Assembly (NCBI GenBank): GCA_018711265.1
Contig: DVIM01000067.1
Location: 26,771 to 90,770 of the forward strand
Origin: Candidatus Spyradocola merdavium
Lineage (GTDB): Bacteria > Bacillota > Clostridia > Christensenellales > UBA1750
DNA: 64,000 nt
Reading direction: 5' to 3'
Shown: in pieces, positions 53,346 through 63,966 of the stretch
Layout of the letters: every line of letters starts with the position of its first letter
Position numbering within the stretch: position 1 is the stretch's first letter
The notes under the pieces: model-generated
Told to the model about the DNA's origin: nothing
Seen by the model: only the letters and a program-made list of their open reading frames with translations
Databases searched by the model: none
Position numbers and translations under genes: made by a program

Positions 53346-55718
53346 ATGCAGGAAAAATCACTCAAGGTCCTGGAATTTTATAAGATTCGGGACATGCTCG
53401 TGGAGCGGGCGGCGTCGAGCCTGGGCAAGGCGCGCTGCGCCGCGCTCGTCCCCGTCAGCGACATCCGGGAGATCGAACGGATGCAGGCGGAGACCGAGGA
53501 GGCGTCGACGCTCGTGGCGCGCACGGGCGTGCAGCCCATCTCCGCCTTTGACGACGTGCAGGCGCAGGTCGCCCGGGCCAAGGTCGGGGGAATCCTCTCG
53601 CCCAAGGACCTTTTGCTCTGCGCGCGGCTGATGCAGACCGCGCGCTCCGTCCGCCGCACGCTCGTCGGGGAAAAGGACGAGGCGGAGGAGACGGAAACCC
53701 CGCACCTTGTGGGCCTGGCGCGCGCGCTGTACCCCACGCGCCGGCTGGAGGAGGAGATCTTTGCCGCCATCCTCTCTGAGGAGGAGATCGCGGACTCCGC
53801 AAGCCCCGGCCTGGCCTCCGTGCGCCGCAAGATCCGCTCGGCAAACGAGCGCATCCGCGACAAGCTCAACGGCTACCTGCACTCCAGCTCCATGGCGCGC
53901 TATCTGCAGGACGCCATCATCACCATGCGCCAGGGACGCTATGTGCTGCCCGTGCGCGCGGAGTACCGCTCGCAGGTGCCGGGCATCGTGCACGACCAGT
54001 CCTCCAGCGGGGCCACGCTCTTCATCGAGCCCATGGCCATCGTGGAGATCAACAACGACCTGCGCGGCCTCATGGGCGAGGAGCGCGCGGAGATCGAAAA
54101 GATCCTCCAGCGCTTCTCCGAGGAGATCTCGCAGGAGGCCGGCGCGCTGCTGGAGAACCAGCGAATCCTGGCGGAGCTGGACTTCATCTTCGCCAAGGGC
54201 GCGCTCGCGCGGCAGATGCGCGCCGTGCAGCCCAAGATCAACGAGGCGGGCTACATCGACATCAAGCGCGGCCGGCATCCGCTCATCGACCCGGAGGCGG
54301 TCGTGCCCAGCGACCTGTGGATCGGCAAGGACTTCACGACCCTGGTCGTGACCGGCCCCAACACCGGCGGCAAGACCGTGACGCTCAAGACCGTCGGCCT
54401 CTTCACCCTGATGATGCAGGCGGGCCTTCAGGTGCCGGCCATGCTGGGCACGGAGCTTGCGGTCTTTGACGACGTGTTTGCGGACATCGGCGACGAGCAG
54501 TCCATCGAGCAGTCGCTCTCGACCTTCTCCTCGCACATGGTCAACATCGTCCACATCCTGCAGAACGTGACGCCCCGCTCCCTTGCGCTCTTTGACGAGC
54601 TGGGCGCGGGCACGGACCCGACCGAGGGCGCGGCGCTGGCCATGTCCATCCTGGACAAGCTCCTCTCCTACAAGACGAGGACGCTGGCCACCACCCACTA
54701 TTCGGAGCTCAAGGCCTACGCCCTGACGCACCCGGGGGTGGAAAACGCCTCCGTGGAGTTCAACGTCGAGACGCTGCGGCCCACCTACCGCCTCTCCATC
54801 GGCATCCCGGGCAAGTCCAACGCCTTTGAGATCTCCCGCAAGCTCGGCCTTTCCGAGGAGATCATCGGCGCGGCAAAGGAGTGGCTCAGCGGCGAGCAGA
54901 TCCGCTTTGAGGACGTCATCACCACCGCGGAAATGCACCGCCAGACCGCCGAGCGCGAGCGGGAGCTCGCCGAGGAGGCCCACAACGAGACCGTCCGCCT
55001 GCGCGACCAGGCCGAGCAGGAGCGCAAGAAGCTCGAGGAGCAGCGCGAAAAGCTCCTGCGCAAGGCGCGCGAGGACGCCCGCCGCATCCTGCACAGCGCC
55101 CAGGCCGAGGCCGAGGGCATCATCCGCGACCTCAAGAAGGCCGCGCAGGAGCAGAACGCCAAGGACCGCGAGATCCTGGAGGCGCGCAGGAAGCTCCAGG
55201 GCGATCTGGACAAGCTCGCCGAGCCCATGGCCAAGGAGAGCGCGGCAAGCGAGGGCGCGCCGCTCAAGAGCGTCACCCTCGGCCAGACCGTGCGCATCCC
55301 GAGCCTGGGCTGCACGGGCTCGGTCCTGACCCTGCCGGACAAGAACGGCGAGGTGCAGCTCCAGGTGGGCCTGATGAAGATGAAGCAGCCCCTCTCCGCG
55401 CTGCGGACCGCCGCGCAGAGCGACGCGCCCAAGAAGGAGAAGGGCCGCCGCGCCATCAAGGTCGCCGCGCCCCAGGTCTCCCTGGAGCTGGACGTGCGCG
55501 GTCAGCTCCCCGAGGAGGCCCTCGACAACGTGGACAAGTACCTGGACGACTGCATGATGGCGGGCGTCAGCGAGGTCTCCATCGTCCACGGCAAGGGCAC
55601 CGGGGTTCTGCGCAGCGAGATCTCGCAGCACCTGCGGCACCATCCGCACGTGGCCGAGTTCCGCCTGGGCCGCTACGGCGAGGGCGAGACCGGCGTCACC
55701 ATCGTGACGCTCAAATAG
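53346..55718 (+). CDS. mutS2: Endonuclease MutS2 (MutS domains plus C-terminal Smr)
   Basis: MQEKSLKVLEFYKI mirrors the Bacillus N-terminus; Walker A GPNTGGKT; Smr region LDVRGQ...VSIVHGKGTGVLR. Confidence 0.95.
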   Translation: MQEKSLKVLEFYKIRDMLVERAASSLGKARCAALVPVSDIREIERMQAETEEASTLVARTGVQPISAFDDVQAQVARAKVGGILSPKDLLLCARLMQTARSVRRTLVGEKDEAEETETPHLVGLARALYPTRRLEEEIFAAILSEEEIADSASPGLASVRRKIRSANERIRDKLNGYLHSSSMARYLQDAIITMRQGRYVLPVRAEYRSQVPGIVHDQSSSGATLFIEPMAIVEINNDLRGLMGEERAEIEKILQRFSEEISQEAGALLENQRILAELDFIFAKGALARQMRAVQPKINEAGYIDIKRGRHPLIDPEAVVPSDLWIGKDFTTLVVTGPNTGGKTVTLKTVGLFTLMMQAGLQVPAMLGTELAVFDDVFADIGDEQSIEQSLSTFSSHMVNIVHILQNVTPRSLALFDELGAGTDPTEGAALAMSILDKLLSYKTRTLATTHYSELKAYALTHPGVENASVEFNVETLRPTYRLSIGIPGKSNAFEISRKLGLSEEIIGAAKEWLSGEQIRFEDVITTAEMHRQTAERERELAEEAHNETVRLRDQAEQERKKLEEQREKLLRKAREDARRILHSAQAEAEGIIRDLKKAAQEQNAKDREILEARRKLQGDLDKLAEPMAKESAASEGAPLKSVTLGQTVRIPSLGCTGSVLTLPDKNGEVQLQVGLMKMKQPLSALRTAAQSDAPKKEKGRRAIKVAAPQVSLELDVRGQLPEEALDNVDKYLDDCMMAGVSEVSIVHGKGTGVLRSEISQHLRHHPHVAEFRLGRYGEGETGVTIVTLK

Positions 55719-55760
55719 ACGACGATTCTCTTTGGAGAGACAAAAAGGAGTGGAAAGAAC

Positions 55761-56447
55761 ATGGAAAACACGCGCGTACTCATCGTGGACGACGATCCCA
55801 ACATCAACCAGCTCATCAAGCTCTATCTGGAAAAGGAGGGGTTCGAGACCGAGACCGCGACCCGCGGCGACGACGCACTGAACCTCTTCAAAAAGAACCC
55901 GCCGCACATCGTCCTGCTGGACCTGATGCTGCCCGGCATGGACGGCTGGCAGGTCTGCCGCGAGATCCGCAAGATCAGCACCATCCCCATCATCATGCTG
56001 ACCGCAAAGGACGAGACGTTCGACAAGGTCCTGGGCCTGGAGCTCGGCGCGGACGACTACATGACCAAGCCCTTTGACCCCAAGGAGCTCATCGCGCGCA
56101 TCAAGGCCGTCATCCGGCGCACGCAGTCGGTCGTGGCGCCCGAGCGGGAGATCGCCTTCCCGAACCTGGTCATCAACATGAGCACGTACTTGGTCACCTA
56201 CAACGGCAAGGACATCGAGATGCCGCCCAAGGAGATCGAGCTGCTCTACTTCCTGGCCTCGCACCCCAACAAGGTGTTCACGCGCGACCAGCTTCTGGAG
56301 CAGGTCTGGGGCTTTGACTACTTCGGCGACTCCAGAACCGTGGACGTGCACATCAAGCGCATCCGCGAAAAGCTGACCGGCTGCGAGGAGTACGGCTGGC
56401 ACATCAAGACCATTTGGAGCGTCGGCTATAAGTTCGAGGTGAAGTAA
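55761..56447 (+). CDS. OmpR/PhoB-family response regulator (WalR-like sequence)
   Basis: Receiver motifs DD...D (LLDLMLPGMDG) and TAKD; winged-helix C-terminus. Confidence 0.93.
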   Translation: MENTRVLIVDDDPNINQLIKLYLEKEGFETETATRGDDALNLFKKNPPHIVLLDLMLPGMDGWQVCREIRKISTIPIIMLTAKDETFDKVLGLELGADDYMTKPFDPKELIARIKAVIRRTQSVVAPEREIAFPNLVINMSTYLVTYNGKDIEMPPKEIELLYFLASHPNKVFTRDQLLEQVWGFDYFGDSRTVDVHIKRIREKLTGCEEYGWHIKTIWSVGYKFEVK

Positions 56448-56450
56448 TCC

Positions 56451-57881
56451 ATGTTCCACAAGCTGCTTTTGCGTCTGTCGGTCAATTTCATGGCGGTGCT
56501 GATGATCGTGCTGCTGGTGCTGGGCGCGCTGGTCTCCCGCTTCATGTGGATCAACGAGCTCAACACGGGCGTGGAGGAGATGAAGCGGGAGGCGGAGGAC
56601 ATCGCGCGCAACTACGAGGACCTCTCCGACTACCAGATCACCACGCGCGTCTTCGTCTCCTGCATCAACGAGATCGCCCTGGACTCCTCCGTATGGCTGG
56701 TGGACCGCAACGGATTGCAGCTCAACGTGACGGGACTGGATGCTTCCACGCCGGACCTTACGAGCGAGGACGTGCAGAAGTACATGCAGGTCGTGCTCCA
56801 GAGCGGCGAGCCCATGACCATCCAGGGCGGGTTTGACAGCTACTTTGGGAAGAATGCCGTCATCACCGTGGCCATGCCCCTGTCCAGCCGGGGGGAGACG
56901 GTGGGCGCCGTGTTCATCCACAAGCGGCTGGAGCTCTTCAACACGGGGTTTGTGCCCCTGTTCCAGGAGCTGTGGACGGCGGCCATGCTGGCGAGCCTGC
57001 TGGGCCTGATCCTGACCGCGTACACCGCCATGCGCATCACGCGCCCCTTACGCGAGCTCGCGCACGCCGCAAAGCAGCTCGGCCAGGGGGACATGACCGT
57101 CAAGGTCCGCGTCTACTCGGACGACGAGATCGGCGAGGTCTCCCGCGCCTTCAACAACATGGTCGACGAGCTCAAGAACATGGAGGAGCAGCGCAAGGGC
57201 TTTGTCGCCAACGTCTCCCACGAGCTGCGCTCGCCCATCACCTCCATCGCCGGATACTTGCAGGGGATGCTGGACGGCACCATCCCCCCCCAGGACCAGC
57301 GCAAGTACATGCAGGTCGTATACGACGAGACCCAGCGCCTGACGCGCCTCATCCGCGACCTGCTCGACCTTTCGCGCATCGAGTCGGGCAACGTGCCCAT
57401 GAACCCCGTGGACTTCAACATCAACGAGCTCATGCGCCGCGTGCTCATCAAGTACGAGGGCCGCATCGAGGAGAAGAACATGGAGGTGGAGGCCGACTTT
57501 GCCGGCGAGCCCTGCACGGTCCATGCGGACGTGGACCGCATCGAGCAGGTGGTCTCCAACCTCGTGGACAACGCCATCAAGTTCTGCGGCCAGTACGGCA
57601 AGCTGACGCTCCGGACCAAGGTGGAGAAGGGGACCTGCATCGTCTCCGTGATCGACGACGGCGCGGGCATCGACGAAAAGGACCTGCCCCACGTGTTCGA
57701 CCGCTTCTACACGGTGGACAAGGCGCACACCTCCGGAAAGGGCACGGGCCTTGGGCTCTCCATCGTCAAGCAAATCCTGCTGCAGCACGGTCATGATATC
57801 ACCGTCGAGAGCACGCAGGGCCAGGGCACGAATTTCACGTTTTCCCTGGATATGGCGGCTGCGGCGGGAACAAAAAAGTAG
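56451..57881 (+). CDS. Sensor histidine kinase (2 TM, extracytoplasmic loop, HAMP, HisKA, HATPase_c)
   Basis: H-box SHELRSPITSI, N-box NLVDNAIKF, and G-boxes DDGAGI and GTGLGLSIV. Confidence 0.93.
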   Translation: MFHKLLLRLSVNFMAVLMIVLLVLGALVSRFMWINELNTGVEEMKREAEDIARNYEDLSDYQITTRVFVSCINEIALDSSVWLVDRNGLQLNVTGLDASTPDLTSEDVQKYMQVVLQSGEPMTIQGGFDSYFGKNAVITVAMPLSSRGETVGAVFIHKRLELFNTGFVPLFQELWTAAMLASLLGLILTAYTAMRITRPLRELAHAAKQLGQGDMTVKVRVYSDDEIGEVSRAFNNMVDELKNMEEQRKGFVANVSHELRSPITSIAGYLQGMLDGTIPPQDQRKYMQVVYDETQRLTRLIRDLLDLSRIESGNVPMNPVDFNINELMRRVLIKYEGRIEEKNMEVEADFAGEPCTVHADVDRIEQVVSNLVDNAIKFCGQYGKLTLRTKVEKGTCIVSVIDDGAGIDEKDLPHVFDRFYTVDKAHTSGKGTGLGLSIVKQILLQHGHDITVESTQGQGTNFTFSLDMAAAAGTKK

Positions 57882-57896
57882 CAAAAGCGTTACGAA

Positions 57897-57941
57897 TGTT
57901 CATACGGCGTTCACGACTTTGCAAATCCTTTGGGGTATACT
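57897..57941 (+). promoter_or_regulatory. Direct-repeat hexamers (TGTTCA-N5-CGTTCA) abutting a -10 box upstream of htrA
   Basis: Hexamers at 57897-902 and 57908-913 repeat at an 11-bp period; TATACT lies at 57936-41; no good -35 box is present. Confidence 0.4.
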
Positions 57942-57981
57942 GTATTCAGAATTTGAAAAGCAAGATTAGGAGGCGTCTTGT

Positions 57982-59298
57982 ATGAGCAATTTCCATGACA
58001 ATAACACCAATTATTCCAACTACAATGGCTATCCGAACAATTCAAACAATCCCAATGATTTTTCCGGCGGAGGGAACCGCAATGGCCGCCGCAGCAATGC
58101 CGTTGTGATTGTTTCCATTGCGCTGGTGATGTTGATCCTGGGCGGCCTGCTCGGCGTCGTCATTGTACAGGGCATGAACAGCCAGCAGGCGCAGCTCGGC
58201 AGCGAGGTCACCGCCACGCCGGAGGCCACCGCGACCCCCGCGCCCACCCAGCAGGCGCAGGCCGTTTCCGGCGGAGCGACCACGTCGCTTGCGGCCCTCT
58301 CCGACCAGATCGCAGACGTTGTGGCGTCCGTGCAGGACAGCGTGGTCGGCATCCACAACTACCAGACCGTCACCACCGGCGGCAACTACGGCGGGTATTT
58401 CGGCGGGTTCTACTTCCCCTACTACGGCGGCGGGGACAGCGAACCCCAGACCGTTGAGCAGCTGGCGGGCTCCGGTTCCGGCGTCATCTACTCCGCAGAC
58501 GGCTACGTCATCACCAACTACCACGTCATCGAGGGCGCGTCCCGCGTCACGGTCGTGCTGCACAGCGGCGAGGAGATCGAGGCCGAGGTCATCGGCGGCG
58601 ACGAGCTGCAGGACATCGCCCTGCTGAAGGTGGACCGCACGGACCTCTCCCCGGCGACCCTGGGCGACTCCGATCAGGTCCGCACGGGCGAGTTCGCCAT
58701 CGCCATCGGCTCTCCTCTGGGCGATGAGCTCAGCGGCACCACGACCTACGGCATCATCAGCTACGCCAACCGCACCCTGGAGGTGGACGGCGCCTACCTG
58801 AGCATGATCCAGACCGACGCGGCCATCAACGCGGGCAACTCCGGCGGCGCGCTGCTGAACGTCGACGGCGAGGTCATCGGCATCAACTCCCGCAAGACCT
58901 CCGGCTCCACCTCTTCCGGCTCCACCATCGAGGGCATCGGCTTTGCCATCCCGATCAACGACGTCAAGGACATCGTGGAAGAGCTGATCGCCACCGGCAA
59001 GATCACCCGTCCGGGCCTGGGCATCACCGGCCAGGAAGTCCACTTCTCCAACATGGACCCCGGCATCCTGGTCGTCTCCGTCAACGAGGGCTCGCCCGCG
59101 GAAGCGGCCGGCATGAAGCAGATGGACATCATCACCGCCATCGACGGCCAGCAGGTCACGTCCTTCAGCAGCCTTCAGTCCGTGCTGTACTCGCACGACG
59201 TGGGCGACACCGTGACCATCACGGTCCTGCGCAGCGGCGAGACGCTGGACCTGCAGGTCACCCTGGCCGAGGTCGAGGAGAGCGGCACGCAGGAATAA
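57982..59298 (+). CDS. htrA: HtrA/DegP-family serine protease (TM anchor, trypsin-like domain, PDZ)
   Basis: Catalytic motifs TNYHVI, D(IALLKV) and GNSGGAL; C-terminal PDZ domain. Confidence 0.93.
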   Translation: MSNFHDNNTNYSNYNGYPNNSNNPNDFSGGGNRNGRRSNAVVIVSIALVMLILGGLLGVVIVQGMNSQQAQLGSEVTATPEATATPAPTQQAQAVSGGATTSLAALSDQIADVVASVQDSVVGIHNYQTVTTGGNYGGYFGGFYFPYYGGGDSEPQTVEQLAGSGSGVIYSADGYVITNYHVIEGASRVTVVLHSGEEIEAEVIGGDELQDIALLKVDRTDLSPATLGDSDQVRTGEFAIAIGSPLGDELSGTTTYGIISYANRTLEVDGAYLSMIQTDAAINAGNSGGALLNVDGEVIGINSRKTSGSTSSGSTIEGIGFAIPINDVKDIVEELIATGKITRPGLGITGQEVHFSNMDPGILVVSVNEGSPAEAAGMKQMDIITAIDGQQVTSFSSLQSVLYSHDVGDTVTITVLRSGETLDLQVTLAEVEESGTQE

Positions 59299-59311
59299 AC
59301 AAAGACCCTTC

Positions 59312-59345
59312 GGGGGAGGCGGAGGAATCCGCCTTCCCCTTTTTG
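59312..59345 (+). terminator. Intrinsic terminator after htrA
   Basis: GGGGGAGGCGG/CCGCCTTCCCC stem followed by T5. Confidence 0.8.
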
Positions 59346-59387
59346 CATTCTTTCCATTTTGTATGCAAACTTTAACATGAATCAACC

Positions 59388-59417
59388 TTGCCGACCGATT
59401 TTGCGCTGTGCTATACT
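59388..59417 (+). promoter_or_regulatory. Promoter for the methyltransferase gene
   Basis: TTGCCG, 18-nt spacer, TATACT, with TGn extended -10. Confidence 0.45.
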
Positions 59418-59463
59418 GATTGTGTGTACTCAACATCCATGTTTTTCTTGGGGGAATGAAGCG

Positions 59464-60489
59464 ATGACCATTGCGGTGCTGTTGTGGCCGCACGCCAACG
59501 TTCGCTATTTTGAATCGATGAAGCGGCTCGCCGCTGCGGAGATGGAGATCCTGCTGCACACGTTCGACGAGCGGATCGAGGTGCGCAACCTGGAGATGCA
59601 GGGCATCGAGTTCTGCGCCTTTGACGTTGCGGAGGTGGACGACCGGCTGCGCAGGCTGCTGTCCCGCCTCTCGTGCGCATACGCGGTCTTTGCCGTGCAG
59701 GGGGAGGCGCTATTGCCCCTGCAGCCCGGCGGGCAGCTCCGCTTTGGCGGGGACCTATCCGGCGTGCTCAAGTACAAGGGAAAGACGAACGAGATGTTCA
59801 CCGGGATGCTGGTGAACCTGGCGGTCTTTTCCTCGGAATACGCCAAGTGGTTCGACCGGCCGCTGCAGGTGCTGGACCCCATGTGCGGCCGCGGGACCAC
59901 GCTGTTTGAGGCGCTGCGCCGCGACTACGACGCCAGCGGCGTGGAGATCGACAAGACGGACGTGGCTGAGGTGCGCAAGTTCCTCAAGAAATACTGCGAG
60001 CACAACCGCCTGAAGCACCGCGTGGAGTCCTCCTCCATGACGGCGGACGGCAAGAGCGTGGGCACGCGCACGCGCTTTACCTTGGCCGAAAACGCCGAGC
60101 GCTTTCGCGAAGATCCGCGCACGCTCACCCTGACCCTGGGCGACACCCTGCTCACCGACCGGTTCTACAAGGGGCGCACCTTCCACGCGCTCGCGTGCGA
60201 CCTGCCCTATGGCGTGCAGCACGAGAGCCGGGACGGCCAGAGCAAGGTCGCCCTGGACAAGCTCATGGCCCGCGCCCTGCGCGCGTGGCAGAAGGTCCTG
60301 CTGCCGGGCGCGGCGGTCGCGCTCTCCTTCAACGCCAACACCCTGCCCCTGGAGCAGGCGCGGCAGATGCTGGAGCGGGCCGGCTTTGTGCCCCTGACCG
60401 GCGGGCCCTACGACCACATGGCGCACTGGGTGGAGCAGGCCATCACCCGCGACATCGCCGTGGCGCGCTGGCCCGGCAAGGAATCCTGA
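59464..60489 (+). CDS. SAM-dependent methyltransferase with DLPYG motif IV and an unassigned N-terminal domain
   Basis: Motif I VLDPMCGRGTT and motif IV ACDLPYG (N-methylase type, as in the RlmL/Trm11 class); ATG 59464 follows GGGGGAA. Confidence 0.75.
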   Translation: MTIAVLLWPHANVRYFESMKRLAAAEMEILLHTFDERIEVRNLEMQGIEFCAFDVAEVDDRLRRLLSRLSCAYAVFAVQGEALLPLQPGGQLRFGGDLSGVLKYKGKTNEMFTGMLVNLAVFSSEYAKWFDRPLQVLDPMCGRGTTLFEALRRDYDASGVEIDKTDVAEVRKFLKKYCEHNRLKHRVESSSMTADGKSVGTRTRFTLAENAERFREDPRTLTLTLGDTLLTDRFYKGRTFHALACDLPYGVQHESRDGQSKVALDKLMARALRAWQKVLLPGAAVALSFNANTLPLEQARQMLERAGFVPLTGGPYDHMAHWVEQAITRDIAVARWPGKES

Positions 60490-60624
60490 CAGACCGGCCG
60501 TCCCTTTGCCGGTGCTCCCGGTATAAATCCCCAGCGGGAGCGCATACAATAAACCGGCGCCCATCTCTTTGGGGCGGCTGCATTGCATTTCTTTTTTTCA
60601 CATCGCTCAGAAGGGAGAATCTCA

Positions 60625-62181
<1,557 letters not shown>

Positions 62182-62187
62182 CCCCCA

Positions 62188-62225
62188 GCAAAGAAAGCCG
62201 CCGGCAGCGCCGGCGGCTTTCTTGC
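62188..62225. terminator. Bidirectional intrinsic terminator
   Basis: GCAAAGAAAGCCGCCGGC / GCCGGCGGCTTTCTTGC stem between convergent rho and the zinc-ribbon gene. Confidence 0.85.
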
Positions 62226-62227
62226 GT

Positions 62228-62449
62228 TCAGCGGGAATACTCGCGCCGCAGGGTCTCCAGGTCCTTTTGCGTCTCGACCCAGTCCTCCACATAGCCGCAG
62301 TCGCAGCAGACGTAGCGCGCCACGGGCACCCGCGTGACCCAGACCACCTTGGTGATGGAGATGCTGTTGCCCAGGTACCGGTGCGCGTCGTCCGGAACGC
62401 GCACGAGGTTGTGCGACCCGCACTTGGGGCAGCGCGCGGTGTTCTTCAT
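62228..62449 (-). CDS. Small Cys4 zinc-ribbon protein (73 aa)
   Basis: CPKCGS...CCDCGY; the start overlaps the CPBP stop (ATGA). Confidence 0.65.
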   Translation of the reverse strand: MKNTARCPKCGSHNLVRVPDDAHRYLGNSISITKVVWVTRVPVARYVCCDCGYVEDWVETQKDLETLRREYSR

Positions 62450-63321
62450 GCAATCCCCTCCTTGTTCTTCCGATGGAGCAGAACGGCGGCCAGCAGGATG
62501 CCCAGCAGGTAGGGCGCGATGGCGAGCACGGAGGCCTCGATCCCAAAGTCCCCGCCGGAGAGCAGGAACGAGGCGTCCGTCAGGACGAAGTTGTACATCG
62601 AGGCGCTGTCCGCCGCGCTCCCGATGTGGAGGATGCCGCCGAGGAGGGCGGCGTTCCAGACGCCGTGCACGAGCGCGCTGTTCCAGATGGAACCGCTCTC
62701 ACACGCGATCAGGGAAAAGAGGATGCCCACGATCGTCCCCGCCACGAGGAGCTGCACGGTGCTGGGCAGGTCCAGGGACGCGCCGATCCGGTGCACCAGG
62801 CCGAAGAGCACGGAGGGGACGAGCACGGCGATCTCCCGGTTCCAGCGCCGCTCCAGGCATCCCAGAATCACCCCGCGGAAGATCACCTCCTCGACGATCC
62901 CCGCCGCGAGCCCGTAGTAGAACACGCCGCCCGTCACCGTGAGCCACACGGTCTGCGCGTCAAAGCGATGGACCTCCCAGCGCCCGCCGGCCAGGATCGC
63001 GCCGGCGAGCACGAGCGCCGGCAGCGCAAAGGCCGCAAGGGCCCAGACCGGGCGAATCCGGAGCCGGCCGATCCGCAGCGCTGTCAGGGGAAGATGGAGC
63101 ACGAACCTGCACAGCAGCGCCGCGCCGCCCAGGGCGAACAGCACATAGAGCACGGCGGTCAGGACGTTGCACGCCGGGCCGGGGACGCCGGCGCCGAGCA
63201 GGACCTCGCCCAGCAGGAGCGCCAGCGTCTGCGCCGCGACGAGCACCGCGATCGCGAGGAGGATGGAGAGGAGCGCGCGCAGGGTTCCCAGCGGCGCCCG
63301 CGTTTCCGAAGCGTTCGTCAT
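62446..63321 (-). CDS. CPBP-family (CAAX/Abi) intramembrane protease
   Basis: EEVIFRGV, LFGLVHR and SALVHGVWN motifs across multiple TM segments. Confidence 0.88.
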   Translation of the reverse strand: MTNASETRAPLGTLRALLSILLAIAVLVAAQTLALLLGEVLLGAGVPGPACNVLTAVLYVLFALGGAALLCRFVLHLPLTALRIGRLRIRPVWALAAFALPALVLAGAILAGGRWEVHRFDAQTVWLTVTGGVFYYGLAAGIVEEVIFRGVILGCLERRWNREIAVLVPSVLFGLVHRIGASLDLPSTVQLLVAGTIVGILFSLIACESGSIWNSALVHGVWNAALLGGILHIGSAADSASMYNFVLTDASFLLSGGDFGIEASVLAIAPYLLGILLAAVLLHRKNKEGIA

Positions 63322-63324
63322 GCG

Positions 63325-63966
63325 CTACACCTCCTGGCGGGAGAACACGCGCACGCTGACCTGCTCCATGAGCAGCCCGAAGAGCAGCGCGAACAGGGGA
63401 AGAACCCCCAGCAGCGCGAGCACGACCTGGCCGGTCAATTCGATGCCCAGCAGGAGCAGGAGCCGGTGCGCCCCGAGGAACAGCCCCGCGGGAACGATGA
63501 ACGACAGGATCAGCAGGATGCGCCCGCGCTCGGAGCCAAAGCGGAAGACCAGCGGGATGGACAGGCTCCCCAGCAGCATGGCGAAGCCCCAGGCGGGCAG
63601 CGCGAGGAAGCAGAGCGAGGGGAGGGCCTCCAGCGAAACCTTGCGCGCCAGCAGCCCGCCCACCGCGCCGAGGAGCAGGCCGAGCACCGTCCCCACCGTG
63701 CAGAAGATGGCGAGCACCGCGAACTTTCCGCGGACCAGGTCGCGCTTGCTCAGGGGCATGGTGAGCGCGTAGCGCGGCCACTTGCACGCGTCGTCAAAGG
63801 CGAAGGTGGTCACGATCATCATGCTGCACAGGATCGCGCTGATGAAGAGGTACCCCTCCGCGCCGGAGGACGGGATGAAGATCGCCGCGAACAGCAGCAG
63901 GATGATCGCCATGGACTTTGTGTTGTGCGCGATGTTGAACAGATCCTTGAGAACCAGGCTTTTCAT
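63325..63966 (-). CDS. ABC-2-type transporter permease
   Basis: MKSLVLKDLFNIAHN N-terminus and 6 TM segments; 3-nt gap to the CPBP gene. Confidence 0.75.
   Translation of the reverse strand: MKSLVLKDLFNIAHNTKSMAIILLLFAAIFIPSSGAEGYLFISAILCSMMIVTTFAFDDACKWPRYALTMPLSKRDLVRGKFAVLAIFCTVGTVLGLLLGAVGGLLARKVSLEALPSLCFLALPAWGFAMLLGSLSIPLVFRFGSERGRILLILSFIVPAGLFLGAHRLLLLLGIELTGQVVLALLGVLPLFALLFGLLMEQVSVRVFSRQEV

Noticed and set aside
53358-56921. 1,187-aa minus-strand ORF, the longest minus-strand ORF in the track
   Set aside because: It is antisense to mutS2, the response regulator and the kinase, all of which have clear motifs. Its translation is Arg/Ala/Gly/Leu/His/Asp-rich and low in complexity, with no recognisable domain. 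This is a typical high-GC shadow ORF.
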